Shown: piece after piece, positions 51,101-64,000 of the stretch
Position numbering within the stretch: position 1 is the first letter of the stretch
How the letters are laid out: the number at the start of each line of letters is the position of its first letter
Notes under the pieces: generated by a model
The model's input: only the letters and a program-made list of their open reading frames with translations
Database searches by the model: none
Told to the model about the DNA's origin: nothing
Position numbers and translations under genes: made by a program
Assembly: GCA_040954595.2 (NCBI GenBank)
Contig: CM082587.2
Location: forward strand, 9,553,403-9,617,402
Source of the DNA: Balanoglossus misakiensis
Taxonomy: Eukaryota; Animalia; Hemichordata
DNA: 64,000 nucleotides
Direction of reading: 5' to 3'

Positions 51101-54100
51101 GTGAAGCCTGACTGTCGCCTGTCTTAGGTCACCACTTCATAAGCGGTGTTACCCGTCATTGGCACAAACAGTCTCAGGAAGTAAGCTTTCAGCCTACCAA
51201 TGTAGCTATTGTATTTTCCACTTTTTGTAAGTGAAGCCTGACTGTCGCCTCTCTTAGGTCACCACTTCATAAGCGGTCTTACCGTCATTGGCACAAACAG
51301 TCTCAGGACGTAAGCTTTCAGCCTATACCAATGTAGCTATTTTATTTTCCACTTTTTGTAAGTGAAGCCTGACTGTCGACTGTCTTAGGTCACCACTTCA
51401 TAAGCGGTCTTACCCGTCATTGGCACAAACAGTCTCAGGATGTAAGCATTTAGCCTACCAATGTAGCTATTGTATTTTCCACTTTTTGTAAGTGAAGCGT
51501 GACTGTCGCCTGTCTTAGGTCACCACTTCATAAGCGGTCTTACCCGTCATTGGCACAAACAGTCTCAGGAAGTAAGCTTTCAGCCTACCAATGTAGCTAT
51601 TGTATTTTCCACTTTTTGTAAGTGAAGCCTGACTGTCGCCTGTCTTAGGTCACCACTTCATAAGCGGTCTTACCCGTCATTGGCACAAACAGTCTCAGGA
51701 AGTAAGCTTTCAGCCTACCAATGTAGCTATTGTATTTTCCACCTTTTGTAAGTGAATCCTGACTGTCGCCTGTCTTAGGTCACCACTTCATCAGCGGTCT
51801 TACCCGTCATTGGCACAAACAGTCTCAGGAAGTAAGCTTTCAGCCTACCAATGTAGCAGCTATGTATTTTCCACTTTTTGTAAGTGAAGCCTGACTGTCG
51901 CCTGTCTTAGGTCACCACTTCATAAGCGGTCTTACCCGTCATTGGCACAAACAGTCTCAGGAAGTAAGCTTTCAGCCTACCAATGTAGCTATTGTATTTT
52001 CCACTTTTTGTAAGTGAAGCCTGACTGTCGCCTGTCTTAGGTCACCACTTCATAAGCGGTCTTACCCGTCATTGGCACAAACAGTCTCAGGAAGTAAGCT
52101 TTCAGCCTACCGATGTAGCTATTGTATTTTCCACTTTTTGTAAGTGAAGCCTGACTGTCGCCTCTCTTAGGTCACCACTTCATAAGCGGTCTTACCCGTC
52201 ATTGGCACAAACAGTCTCAGGAAGTAAGCTTTCAGCCTACCAATGTAGCTATTGTATTTTCCACTTTTTGTAAGTGAAGCCTGACTGTCGCCTCTCTTAG
52301 GTCACCACTTCATAAGCGGTCTTACCGTCATTGGCACAAAAAGTCTCAGGAAGTAAGCTTTCAGCCTACCAATGTAGCTATTGTATTTTTCACTTTTTGT
52401 AAGTGAAGCCTGACTGTCGCCTGTCTTAGGTCACCACTTCATAAGCGGTCTTACCCGTCATTGGCACAAACAGTCTCAGGACGTAAGCTTTCAGCCTACC
52501 ACTGTAGCTATTGTATTTTCCACTTTTTGTAAGTGAAGCCTGACTGTCGCCTGTCTTAGGTCACCACTTCATAAGCGGTCTTACCCGTCATTGGCACAAA
52601 CAGTCTCAGGAAGTAAGCTTTCAGCCTACCAATGTAGCTATTATATTTTCCACTTTTTGTAAGTGAAGCCTGACTGTCGCCTTTCTTAGGTCACCACTTC
52701 ATAAGCGGTCTTACCCGTTATTGGCACAAACAGTCTCAGGAAGTAAGCTTTCAGCTAACCAATGTAGCTATAGAATTTTCCACTTTTTGTAAGTGAAGCC
52801 TGACTGTCGCCTGTCTTAGGTCACCACTGCATAAGCGGTCTTACCCGTAATTGGCACAAACAGTCTCAGGATTTAAGCTTTCAGCCTACCAATGTAGCTA
52901 TTGTATTTTCCACTTTTTGTAAGTGAAGCCTGACTGTCGCCTGTCTTAGGTCACCACTTCATAAGCGGTCTTACCCGTCATTGGCACAAACAGTCTGAGG
53001 AAGTAAGCTTTCAGCCTACCAATGTAGCTATTGTATTTTCCACTTTTTGTAAGTGAAGCCTGACTGTCGCCTCTCTTAGGTCACCACTTCATAAGCGGTC
53101 TTACCGTCATTGGCACAAACAGTCTCAGGAAGTAAGCTTTCAGACTACCAATGTAGCTATTGTATTTTCCACTTTTTGTAAGTGAAGCCTGACTGTCGCC
53201 TGTCTTAGGTCACCACTTCATAAGCGGTCTTAACCGTCATTGGCACAAACAGTCTCAGGACGTAAGCTTTCAGCCTACCACTGTAGATATTGTATTTTCC
53301 ACTTTTTATAAGTGAAGCCTGACTGTCGCCTGTCTTAGGTCACCACTTCATAAGTGGTCTTACCCATTATTGGCACAAACAGTCTCAGGAAGTAAGATTT
53401 CAGCCTACCAATGTAGCTATAGAATTTTCCACTTTTTGTAAGTGAAGCCTGACTGTCGCCTGTCTTAGGTCACCACTGCATAAGCGCTCTTACCCGTCAT
53501 TGGCACAAACAGTCTCAGGATTTAAGCTTTCAGCCTACCGATGTAGCTATTGTATTTTCCACTTTTTGTAAGTGAAGCCTGACTGTCGCCTGTCTTAGGT
53601 CACCACTTCATAAGCGGTCTTACCCGTCATTGGCACAAACAGTCTCAGGAAGTAAGCATTCAGCCTACCAATGTAGCTATTGTATTTTCCACTTTTTGTA
53701 AGTGAAGCCTGACTGTCGCCTGTCTTAGGTCACCACTTCATAAGCGGTCTTACCCGTCATTGGCACAAACTGTCTCAGGATGTAAGCATTCAGCCTACCA
53801 ATGTAGCTATTGTATTTTTCACTTTTTGTAAGTGAAGCCTGACTGTCGCCTGTCTTAGGTCACCACTTCATAAGCGGTCTTACCCGTCATTGGCACAAAC
53901 AGTCTCAGGACGTAAGCTTTCAGCCTACCACTGTAGCTATTGTATTTTCCACTTTTTGTAAGTGAAGCCTGACTGTCGCCTGTCTTAGGTCACCACTTCA
54001 TAAGCGGTCTTACCCGTCATTGGCACAAACAGTCTCAGGAAGTAAGCTTTCAGCCTACCAATGTAGCTATTATATTTTCCACTTTTTGTAAGTGAAGCCT

Positions 54101-57100
54101 GACTGTCGCCTTTCTTAGGTCACCACTTCATAAGCGGTCTTACCCGTTATTGGCACAAACAGTCTCAGGAAGTAAGCTTTCAGCTAACCAATGTAGCTAT
54201 AGAATTTTCCACTTTTTGTAAGTGAAGCCTGACTGTCGCCTGTCTTAGGTCACCACTGCATAAGCGGTCTTACCCGTAATTGGCACAAACAGTCTCAGGA
54301 TTTAAGCTTTCAGCCTACCAATGTAGCTATTGTATTTTCCACTTTTTGTAAGTGAAGCCTGACTGTCGCCTGTCTTAGGTCACCACTTCATAAGCGGTCT
54401 TACCCGTCATTGGCACAAACAGTCTGAGGAAGTAAGCTTTCAGCCTACCAATGTAGCTATTGTATTTTCCACTTTTTGTAAGTGAAGCCTGACTGTCGCC
54501 TCTCTTAGGTCACCACTTCATAAGCGGTCTTACCGTCATTGGCACAAACAGTCTCAGGAAGTAAGCTTTCAGACTACCAATGTAGCTATTGTATTTTCCA
54601 CTTTTTGTAAGTGAAGCCTGACTGTCGCCTGTCTTAGGTCACCACTTCATAAGCGGTCTTAACCGTCATTGGCACAAACAGTCTCAGGACGTAAGCTTTC
54701 AGCCTACCACTGTAGATATTGTATTTTCCACTTTTTATAAGTGAAGCCTGACTGTCGCCTGTCTTAGGTCACCACTTCATAAGTGGTCTTACCCATTATT
54801 GGCACAAACAGTCTCAGGAAGTAAGATTTCAGCCTACCAATGTAGCTATAGAATTTTCCACTTTTTGTAAGTGAAGCCTGACTGTCGCCTGTCTTAGGTC
54901 ACCACTGCATAAGCGCTCTTACCCGTCATTGGCACAAACAGTCTCAGGATTTAAGCTTTCAGCCTACCGATGTAGCTATTGTATTTTCCACTTTTTGTAA
55001 GTGAAGCCTGACTGTCGCCTGTCTTAGGTCACCACTTCATAAGCGGTCTTACCCGTCATTGGCACAAACAGTCTCAGGAAGTAAGCATTCAGCCTACCAA
55101 TGTAGCTATTGTATTTTCCACTTTTTGTAAGTGAAGCCTGACTGTCGCCTGTCTTAGGTCACCACTTCATAAGCGGTCTTACCCGTCATTGGCACAAACT
55201 GTCTCAGGATGTAAGCATTCAGCCTACCAATGTAGCTATTGTATTTTCCACTTTTTGTAAGTGAAGCCTGACTGTCGCCTGTCTTAGGTCACCACTTCAT
55301 AAGCGGTCTTACCCGTCATTGGCACAAACAGTCTCAGGAAGTAAGCTTTCAGCCTACCAATGTAGCTATTGTATTTTCCACTTTTTGTAAGTGAAGCCTG
55401 ACTGTCGCCTGTCTTAGGTCACCACTTCATAAGCGGTCTTACACGTCATTGGCACAAACAGTCTCAGGAAGTAAGCTTTCAGCCTACCAATGTAGCTATT
55501 GTATTTTCCACTTTTTGTAAGTGAAGCCTGACTGTCGCCTGTCTTAGGTCACCACTTCATCAGCGGTCTTACCCGTCATTGGCACAAACAGTCTCAGGAA
55601 GTAAGCTTTCAGCCTACCAATGTAGCTATTGTATTTTCCACTTTTTGTAAGTGAAGCCTGACTGTCGCCTGTCTTAGGTCACCACTTCATAAGCGGTCTT
55701 ACCCGTCATTGGCACAAACAGTCTCAGGAAGTAAGCTTTCAGCCTACCGATGTAGCTATTGTATTTTCCACTTTTTGTAAGTGAAGCCTGACTGTCGCCT
55801 GTCTTAGGTCACCACTTCATAAGCGGTCTTACCCGTCATTGGCACAAACAGTCTCAGGAAGTAAGCTTTCAGCCTACCAATGTAGCTATTGTATTTTCCA
55901 CTTTTTGTAAGTGAAGCCTGACTGTCGCCTCTCTTAGGTCACCACTTCATAAGCGGTCTTACCCGTCATTGGCACAAACAGTCTCAGGAAGTAAGCTTTC
56001 AGCCTACCAATGTAGCTATTGTATTTTCCACTTTTTGTAAGTGAAGCCTGACTGTCGCCTGTCTTAGGTCACCACTTCATAAGCGGTCTTACCCGTCATT
56101 GGCACAAACAGTCTCAGGACGTAAGCTTTCAGCCTACCAATATAGCTATTGTATTTTCCACTTTTTGTAAGTGAAGCCTGACTGTCGCCTGTCTTAGGTC
56201 ACAACTTCATAAGCGGTCTTACCCGTCATTGGCACAAACAGTCTCAGGAAGTAAGCTTTCAGCCTACCAATGTAGCTATAGAATTTTTCACTTTTTGTAA
56301 GTGAAGCCTGACTGTCGCCTGTCTTAGGTCACCACTTCATAAGCGGTCTTACCCGTCATTGGCACAAACAGTCTCAGAAAGTAAGCTTTCAGCCTACCAA
56401 TGTAGCTATTATATTTTCCACTTTTTGTAAGTGAAGCCTGACTGTCGCCTGTCTTAGGTCACCACTTCATAAGCGGTCTTACCCGTCATTGGCACAAACA
56501 GTCTCAGGAAGTAAGCTTTCAGCCTACCAATGTAGCTATTGTATTTTCCACTTTTTGTAAGTGAAGCCTGACTGTCGCCTCTCTTAGGTCACCACTTCAT
56601 AAGCGGTCTTACCCGTCATTGGCACAAACAGTCTCAGGACGTAAGCTTTCAGCCTACCAATGTAGCTATTGTATTTTCCACTTTTTGTAAGTGAAGCCTG
56701 ACTGTCGCCTGTCTTAGGTCACCACTTCATAAGCGGTCTTACCCGTCATTGGCACAAACAGTCTCAGGAAGTAAGCTTTCAGCCTACCAATGTAGCTATT
56801 GTATTTTCCACTTTTTGTAAGTGAAGCCTGACTGTCGCCTCTCTTAGGTCACCACTTCATAAGCGGTCTTACCCGTCATTGGCACAAACAGTCTCAGGAA
56901 GAAAGCTTTCAGCCTACCAATGTAGCTATTGTATTTTTCACATTTTGTAAGTGAAGCCTGACTGTCGCCTGTCTTAGGTCACCACTTCATAAGCGGTCTT
57001 ACCCGTCATTGGCACAAACAGTCTCAGGAAGTAAGCTTTCAGCCTACCAATGTAGCTATTGTATTTTCCACTTTTTGTAAGTGAAGCCTGACTGTCGCCT

Positions 57101-60100
57101 CTCTTAGGTCACCACTTCATAAGCGGTCTTACCCGTCATTGGCACAAACAGTCTCAGGAAGAAAGCTTTCAGCCTACCAATGTAGCTATTGTATTTTTCA
57201 CTTTTTGTAAGTGAAGCCTGACTGTCGCCTGTCTTAGGTCACCACTTCATAAGCGGTCTTACCCGTCATTGGCACAAACAGTCTCAGGAAGAAAGCTTTC
57301 AGCCTACCAATGTAGCTATTGTATTTTTCACTTTTTGTAAGTGAAGCCTGACTGTCGCCTGTCTTAGGTCACCACTTCATAAGCGGTCTTACCCGTCATT
57401 GGCACAAACAGTCTCAGGAAGTAAGCTTTCAGCCTACCAAACAGTCTCTGGAAGTAAGCTTTCAGCCTACCAATGTAGCTATTGTATTTTCCACTTTTTG
57501 TTAGTGAAGCCTGACTGTCGCCTGTCTTAGGTCACCACTTCATAAGCGGTCTTACCCGTCATTGGCACAAACAGTCTCAGGAAGAAAGCTTTCAGCCTAC
57601 CAATGTAGCTATTGTATTTTTCACTTTTTGTAAGTGAAGCCTGACTGTCGCCTGTCTTAGGTCACCACTTCATAAGCGGTCTTACCCGTCATTGGCACAA
57701 ACAGTCTCAGGAAGTAAGCTTTCAGCCTACCAAACAGTCTCTGGAAGTAAGCTTTCAGCCTACCAATGTATAGCTATTGTATTTTCCACTTTTTATAAGT
57801 GAAGCCTGACTGTCTCCTGTCTTAGGTCACCACTTCATAAGCGGTCTTACCCGTCATTGGCACAAACAGTCTCAGGAAGTAAGCTTTCAGCCTACCAATG
57901 TAGCTATAGAATTTTCCACTTTTTGTAAGTGAAGCCTGACTGTCGCCTGTCTTAGGTCACCACTTCATAAGTGGTCTTACCCGTCATTGGCACAAACAGT
58001 CTCAGGATTTAAGCTTTCAGCCTACCAATGTAGCTATTGTATTTTCCACTTTTTGTAAGTGAAGCCTGACTGTCGCCTGTCTTAGGTCACCACTTCATAA
58101 GCGGTCTTACCCGTCATTGGCACAAATAGTCTCAGGAAGTAAGCTTTCAGCCTACCAATGTAGCTATTGTATTTTCCACTTTTTGTAAGTGAAGCCTGAC
58201 TGTCGCCTGTCTTAGGTCACCACTTCATAAGCGGTCTTACCCGTCATTGGCACAAACAGTCTCGGGAGTAAGCTTTCAGCCTACCAATGTAGCTATTGTA
58301 TTTTCCACTTTTTGTAAGTGAAGCCTGACTGTCGCCTGTCTTAGGTCACCACTTCATAAGCGGTCTTACCCGTCATTGGCACAAACTGTCTCAGGATGTA
58401 AGCATTCAGCCTACCAATGTAGCTATTGTATTTTCCACTTTTTGTAAGTGAAGCCTGACTGTCGCCTGTCTTAGGTCACCACTTCATAAGCGGTCTTACC
58501 CGTCATTGGCACAAACAGTCTCAGGAAGTAAGCTTTCAGCCTACCAATGTTGCTATTGTATTTTCCACTTTTTGTAAGTGAAGCCTGACTGTCGCCTGTC
58601 TTAGGTCACCACTTCATAAGCGGTCTTACACGTCATTGGCACAAACAGTCTCAGGAAGTAAGCTTTCAGCCTACCAATGTAGCTATTGTATTTTCCACTT
58701 TTTGTAAGTGAAGCCTGACTGTCGCCTGTCTTAGGTCACCACTTCATCAGCGGTCTTACCCGTCATTGGCACAAACAGTCTCAGGAAGTAAGCTTTCAGC
58801 CTACCAATGTAGCACCTATTGTATTTTCCACTTTTTGTAAGTGAAGCCTGACTGTCACCTGTCTTAGGTCACCACTTCATAAGCGGTCTTACCCGTCATT
58901 GGCACAAACAGTCTCAGGAAGTAAGCTTTCAGCCTACCAATGTAGCTATTGTATTTTCCACTTTTTGTAAGTGAAGCCTGACTGTCGCCTGTCTTAGGTC
59001 ACCACTTCATAAGCGGTCTTACCCGTCATTGGCACAAACAGTCTCAGGAAGTAAGCTTTCAGCCTACCGATGTAGCTATTGTATTTTCCACTTTTTGTAA
59101 GTGAAGCCTGACTGTCGCCTGTCTTAGGTCACCACTTCATAAGCGGTCTTACCCGTCATTGGCACAAACAGTCTCAGGAAGTAAGCTTTCAGCCTACCAA
59201 TGTAGCTATTGTATTTTCCACTTTTTGTAAGTGAAGCCTGACTGTCGCCTCTCTTAGGTCACCACTTCATAAGCGGTCTTACCGTCATTGGCACAAACAG
59301 TCTCAGGAAGTAAGCTTTCAGCCTACCAATGTAGCTATTGTATTTTCCACTTTTTGTAAGTGAAGCCTGACTGTCGCCTGTCTTAGGTCACCACTTCATA
59401 AGCGGTCTTACCCGTCATTGGCACAAACAGTCTCAGGACGTAAGCTTTCAGCCTACCAATGTAGCTATTGTATTTTCCACTTTTTGTAAGTGAAGCCTGA
59501 CTGTCGCCTGTCTTAGGTCACAACTTCATAAGCGGTCTTACCCGTCATTGGCACAAACAGTCTCAGGAAGTAAGCTTTCAGCCTACCAATGTAGCTATAG
59601 AATTTTCCACTTTTTGTAAGTGAAGCCTGACTGTCGCCTGTCTTAGGTCATCACTGCATAAGAGGTCTTACCCGTCATTGGCACAAACAGTTTCAGGATT
59701 TAAGCTTTCAGCCTACCAATGTAGCTATTGTATTTTCCACTTTTTGTAAGTGAAACCTGACTGTCGCCTGTCTTAGGTCACCACTTCATAAGCGGTCTTA
59801 CCCGTCATTGGCACAAACAGTCTCAGGAAGTAAGCTTTCAGCCTACCAATGTAGCTATAGTATTTTCCACTTTTTGTAAGTGAAGCCTGACTGTCGCCTG
59901 TCTTAGGTCACCACTTCATAAGCGGTCTTACCCGTCATTGGCACAAACAGTCTCAGGACGTAAGCTTTCAGCCTACCAATATAGCTATTGTATTTTCCAC
60001 TTTTTGTAAGTGAAGCCTGACTGTCGCCTGTCTTAGGTCACCACTTCATAAGCGGTCTTACCCGTCATTGGCACAAACAGTCTCAGGAAGTAAGCTTTCA

Positions 60101-63100
60101 GCCTACCGATGTAGCTATTGTATTTTCCACTTTTTGTAAGTGAAGCCTGACTGTCGCCTGTCTTAGGTCACCACTTCATAAGCGGTCTTACCCGTCATTG
60201 GCACAAACAGTCTCAGGAAGTAAGCTTTCAGCCTACCAATGTAGCTATTGTATTTTCCACTTTTTGTAAGTGAAGCCTGACTGTCGCCTCTCTTAGGTCA
60301 CCACTTCATAAGCGGTCTTACCGTCATTGGCACAAACAGTCTCAGGAAGTAAGCTTTCAGCCTACCAATGTAGCTATTGTATTTTCCACTTTTTGTAAGT
60401 GAAGCCTGACTGTCGCCTGTCTTAGGTCACCACTTCATAAGCGGTCTTACCCGTCATTGGCACAAACAGTCTCAGGACGTAAGCTTTCAGCCTACCAATG
60501 TAGCTATTGTATTTTCCACTTTTTGTAAGTGAAGCCTGACTGTCGCCTGTCTTAGGTCACAACTTCATAAGCGGTCTTACCCGTCATTGGCACAAACAGT
60601 CTCAGGAAGTAAGCTTTCAGCCTACCAATGTAGCTATAGAATTTTCCACTTTTTGTAAGTGAAGCCTGACTGTCGCCTGTCTTAGGTCATCACTGCATAA
60701 GAGGTCTTACCCGTCATTGGCACAAACAGTTTCAGGATTTAAGCTTTCAGCCTACCAATGTAGCTATTGTATTTTCCACTTTTTGTAAGTGAAACCTGAC
60801 TGTCGCCTGTCTTAGGTCACCACTTCATAAGCGGTCTTACCCGTCATTGGCACAAACAGTCTCAGGAAGTAAGCTTTCAGCCTACCAATGTAGCTATAGT
60901 ATTTTCCACTTTTTGTAAGTGAAGCCTGACTGTCGCCTGTCTTAGGTCACCACTTCATAAGCGGTCTTACCCGTCATTGGCACAAACAGTCTCAGGACGT
61001 AAGCTTTCAGCCTACCAATATAGCTATTGTATTTTCCACTTTTTGTAAGTGAAGCCTGACTGTCGCCTGTCTTAGGTCACAACTTCATAAGCGGTCTTAC
61101 CCGTCATTGGCACAAACAGTCTCAGGAAGTAAGCTTTCAGCCTACCAATGTAGCTATAGAATTTTTCACTTTTTGTAAGTGAAGCCTGACTGTCGCCTGT
61201 CTTAGGTCACCACTGCATAAGAGGTCTTACCCGTCATTGGCACAAACAGTCTCAGGATTTAAGCTTTCAGCCTACCAATGTAGCTATTGTATTTTCCACT
61301 TTTTGTAAGTGAAACCTGACTGTCGCCTGTCTTAGGTCACCACTTCATAAGCGGTCTTACCCGTCATTGGCACAAACAGTATCAGGAAGTAAGCTTTCAG
61401 CCTACCAATGTAGCTATTGTATTTTCCACTTTTTGTAAGGGAAGGCTGACTGTCGCCTGTCTTAGGTCACCACTTCATAAGCGGTCTTACCCGTCATTGG
61501 CACAAACAGTCTCAGGAAGTAAGCTTTCAGCCTACCAATGTAGCTATTGTATTTTCCACTTTTTGTAAGTGAAGCCTGACTGTCGCCTGTCTTAGGTCAC
61601 CACTTCATAAGCGGTCTTACCCGTCATTGGCACAAACAGTCTGAGAAAGTAAGCTTTCAGCCTACCAATGTAGCTATTATATTTTCCACTTTTTGTAAGT
61701 GAAGCCTGACTGTCGCCTGTCTTAGGTCACCACTTCATAAGCGGTCTTACCCGTCATTGGCACAAACAGTCTCAGGAAGTAAGCTTTCAGCCTACCAATG
61801 TAGCTTTTGTATTTTCCACTTTTTGTAAGTGAAGCCTGACTGTCGCCTCTCTTAGGTCACCACTTCATAAGCGGTCTTACCCGTCATTGGCACAAACAGT
61901 CTCAGGACGTAAGCTTTCAGCCTACCAATATAGCTATTGTATTTTCCACTTTTTGTAAGTGAAGCCTGACTGTCGCCTGTCTTAGGTCACCACTTCATAA
62001 GCGGTCTTACCCGTCATTGGCACAAACAGTCTCAGGAAGTAAGCTTTCAGCCTACCAATGTAGCTATTGTATTTTCCACTTTTTGTAAGTGAAGCCTGAC
62101 TGTCGCCTCTCTTAGGTCACCACTTCATAAGCGGTCTTACCCGTCATTGGCACAAACAGTCTCAGGAAGAAAGCTTTCAGCCTACCAATGTAGCTATTGT
62201 ATTTTTCACATTTTGTAAGTGAAGCCTGACTGTCGCCTGTCTTAGGTCACCACTTCATAAGCGGTCTTACCCGTCATTGGCACAAACAGTCTCAGGAAGT
62301 AAGCTTTCAGCCTACCAATGTAGCTATTGTATTTTCCACTTTTTGTAAGTGAAGCCTGACTGTCGCCTCTCTTAGGTCACCACTTCATAAGCGGTCTTAC
62401 CCGTCATTGGCACAAACAGTCTCAGGAAGAAAGCTTTCAGCCTACCAATGTAGCTATTGTATTTTTCACTTTTTGTAAGTGAAGCCTGACTGTCGCCTGT
62501 CTTAGGTCACCACTTCATAAGCGGTCTTACCCGTCATTGGCACAAACAGTCTCAGGAAGAAAGCTTTCAGCCTACCAATGTAGCTATTGTATTTTTCACT
62601 TTTTGTAAGTGAAGCCTGACTGTCGCCTGTCTTAGGTCACCACTTCATAAGCGGTCTTACCCGTCATTGGCACAAACAGTCTCAGGAAGTAAGCTTTCAG
62701 CCTACCAAACAGTCTCAGGAAGTAAGCTTTCAGCCTACCAATGTAGCTATTGTATTTTCCACTTTTTGTTAGTGAAGCCTGACTGTCGCCTGTCTTAGGT
62801 CACCACTTCATAAGCGGTCTTACCCGTCATTGGCACAAACAGTCTCAGGAAGTAAGCTTTCAGCCTACCAATGTAGCTATTGTATTTTTCACTTTTTGTA
62901 AGTGAAGCCTGACTGTCGCCTGTCTTAGGTCACCACTTCATAAGCGGTCTTACCCGTCATTGGCACAAACAGTCTCAGGAAGTAAGCTTTCAGCCTACCA
63001 AACAGTCTCTGGAAGTAAGCTTTCAGCCTACCAATGTAGCTATTGTATTTTCCACTTTTTATAAGTGAAGCCTGACTGTCGCCTGTCTTAGGTCACCACT

Positions 63101-64000
63101 TCATAAGCGGTCTTACCCGTCATTGGCACAAACAGTCTCAGGAAGTAAGCTTTCAGCCTACCAATGTAGCTATAGAATTTTCCACTTTTTGTAAGTGAAG
63201 CCTGACTGTCGCCTGTCTTAGGTCACCACTTCATAAGTGGTCTTACCCGTCATTGGCACAAACAGTCTCAGGATTTAAGCTTTCAGCCTACCAATGTAGC
63301 TATTGTATTTTCCACTTTTTGTAAGTGAAGCCTGACTGTCGCCTGTCTTAGGTCACCACTTCATAAGCGGTCTTACCCGTCATTGGCACAAATAGTCTCA
63401 GGAAGTAAGCTTTCAGCCTACCAATGTAGCTATTGTATTTTCCACTTTTTGTAAGTGAAGCCTGACTGTCGCCTGTCTTAGGTCACCACTTCATAAGCGG
63501 TCTTACCCGTCATTGGCACAAACAGTCTCGGGAGTAAGCTTTCAGCCTACCAATGTAGCTATTGTATTTTCCACTTTTTGTAAGTGAAGCCTGACTGTCG
63601 CCTGTCTTAGGTCACCACTTCATAAGCGGTCTTACCCGTCATTGGCACAAACAGTCTCAGGACGTAAGCTTTCAGCCTACCAATGTAGCTATTGTATTTT
63701 CCACTTTTTGTAAGTGAAGCCTGACTGTCGCCTGTCTTAGGTCACAACTTTATAAGCGGTCTTACCCGTCATTGGCACAAACAGTCTCAGGAAGTAAGCT
63801 TTCAGCCTACCAATGTAGCTATAGAATTTTCCACTTTTTGTAAGTGAAGCCTGACTGTCGCCTGTCTTAGGTCATCACTGCATAAGAGGTCTTACCCGTC
63901 ATTGGCACAAACAGTTTCAGGATTTAAGCTTTCAGCCTACCAATGTAGCTATTGTATTTTCCACTTTTTGTAAGTGAAACCTGACTGTCGCCTGTCTTAG
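36163..64000. repeat. 130-bp satellite DNA array (~214 units, runs off the window end)
   Basis: Unit GTCGCCTGTCTTAGGTCACCACTTCATAAGCGGTCTTACCCGTCATTGGCACAAACAGTCTCAGGAAGTAAGCTTTCAGCCTACCAATGTAGCTATTGTATTTTCCACTTTTTGTAAGTGAAGCCTGACT, with one HindIII site in most units and no long ORFs. Confidence 0.98.

Noticed and set aside
36163-64000. CRISPR array or spliced-leader/snRNA gene cluster
   Set aside because: No unique spacers, and the context is eukaryotic. The unit is too short for a snRNA-type gene with promoter and lacks a proper Sm site (RAU4-6GR).

Overview
Repeat-rich eukaryotic DNA with GT-AG introns, probably from an invertebrate animal; the species cannot be identified from the sequence. 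No intact host gene is visible. Two satellites bracket the window: a 90-bp array at about 0.8-6.5 kb and a 130-bp array from 36.2 kb to the end. Between them lies a nest of mobile elements. The main result is an 11.46-kb cut-and-paste DNA transposon (13349-24810) with perfect 36-bp TIRs (CAG...CTG) and a 5-bp ATTAA target-site duplication. It carries three spliced genes that the ORF track shows only as fragments. (1) A ~1035-aa transposase with a RAG1/Chapaev-type N-terminal zinc domain and an Academ/DUF6589-like DDE core. (2) A HIRAN-like protein that appears to share the transposase's first exon. (3) A convergent SRF-type MADS-box gene in the position that RAG2L occupies in ProtoRAG. Directly abutting it at the same TTAA is a 6.76-kb Kolobok-type transposon with a frameshifted transposase and a KolX-like gene. 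Also present: an Ngaro/DIRS-type tyrosine-recombinase retroelement remnant, a DINE-1/Helentron-like element, LINE fragments, a minimal hammerhead ribozyme, MITEs/foldbacks, and an interrupted G2E3-like HECT remnant. All family assignments come from motif recognition, not database searches.
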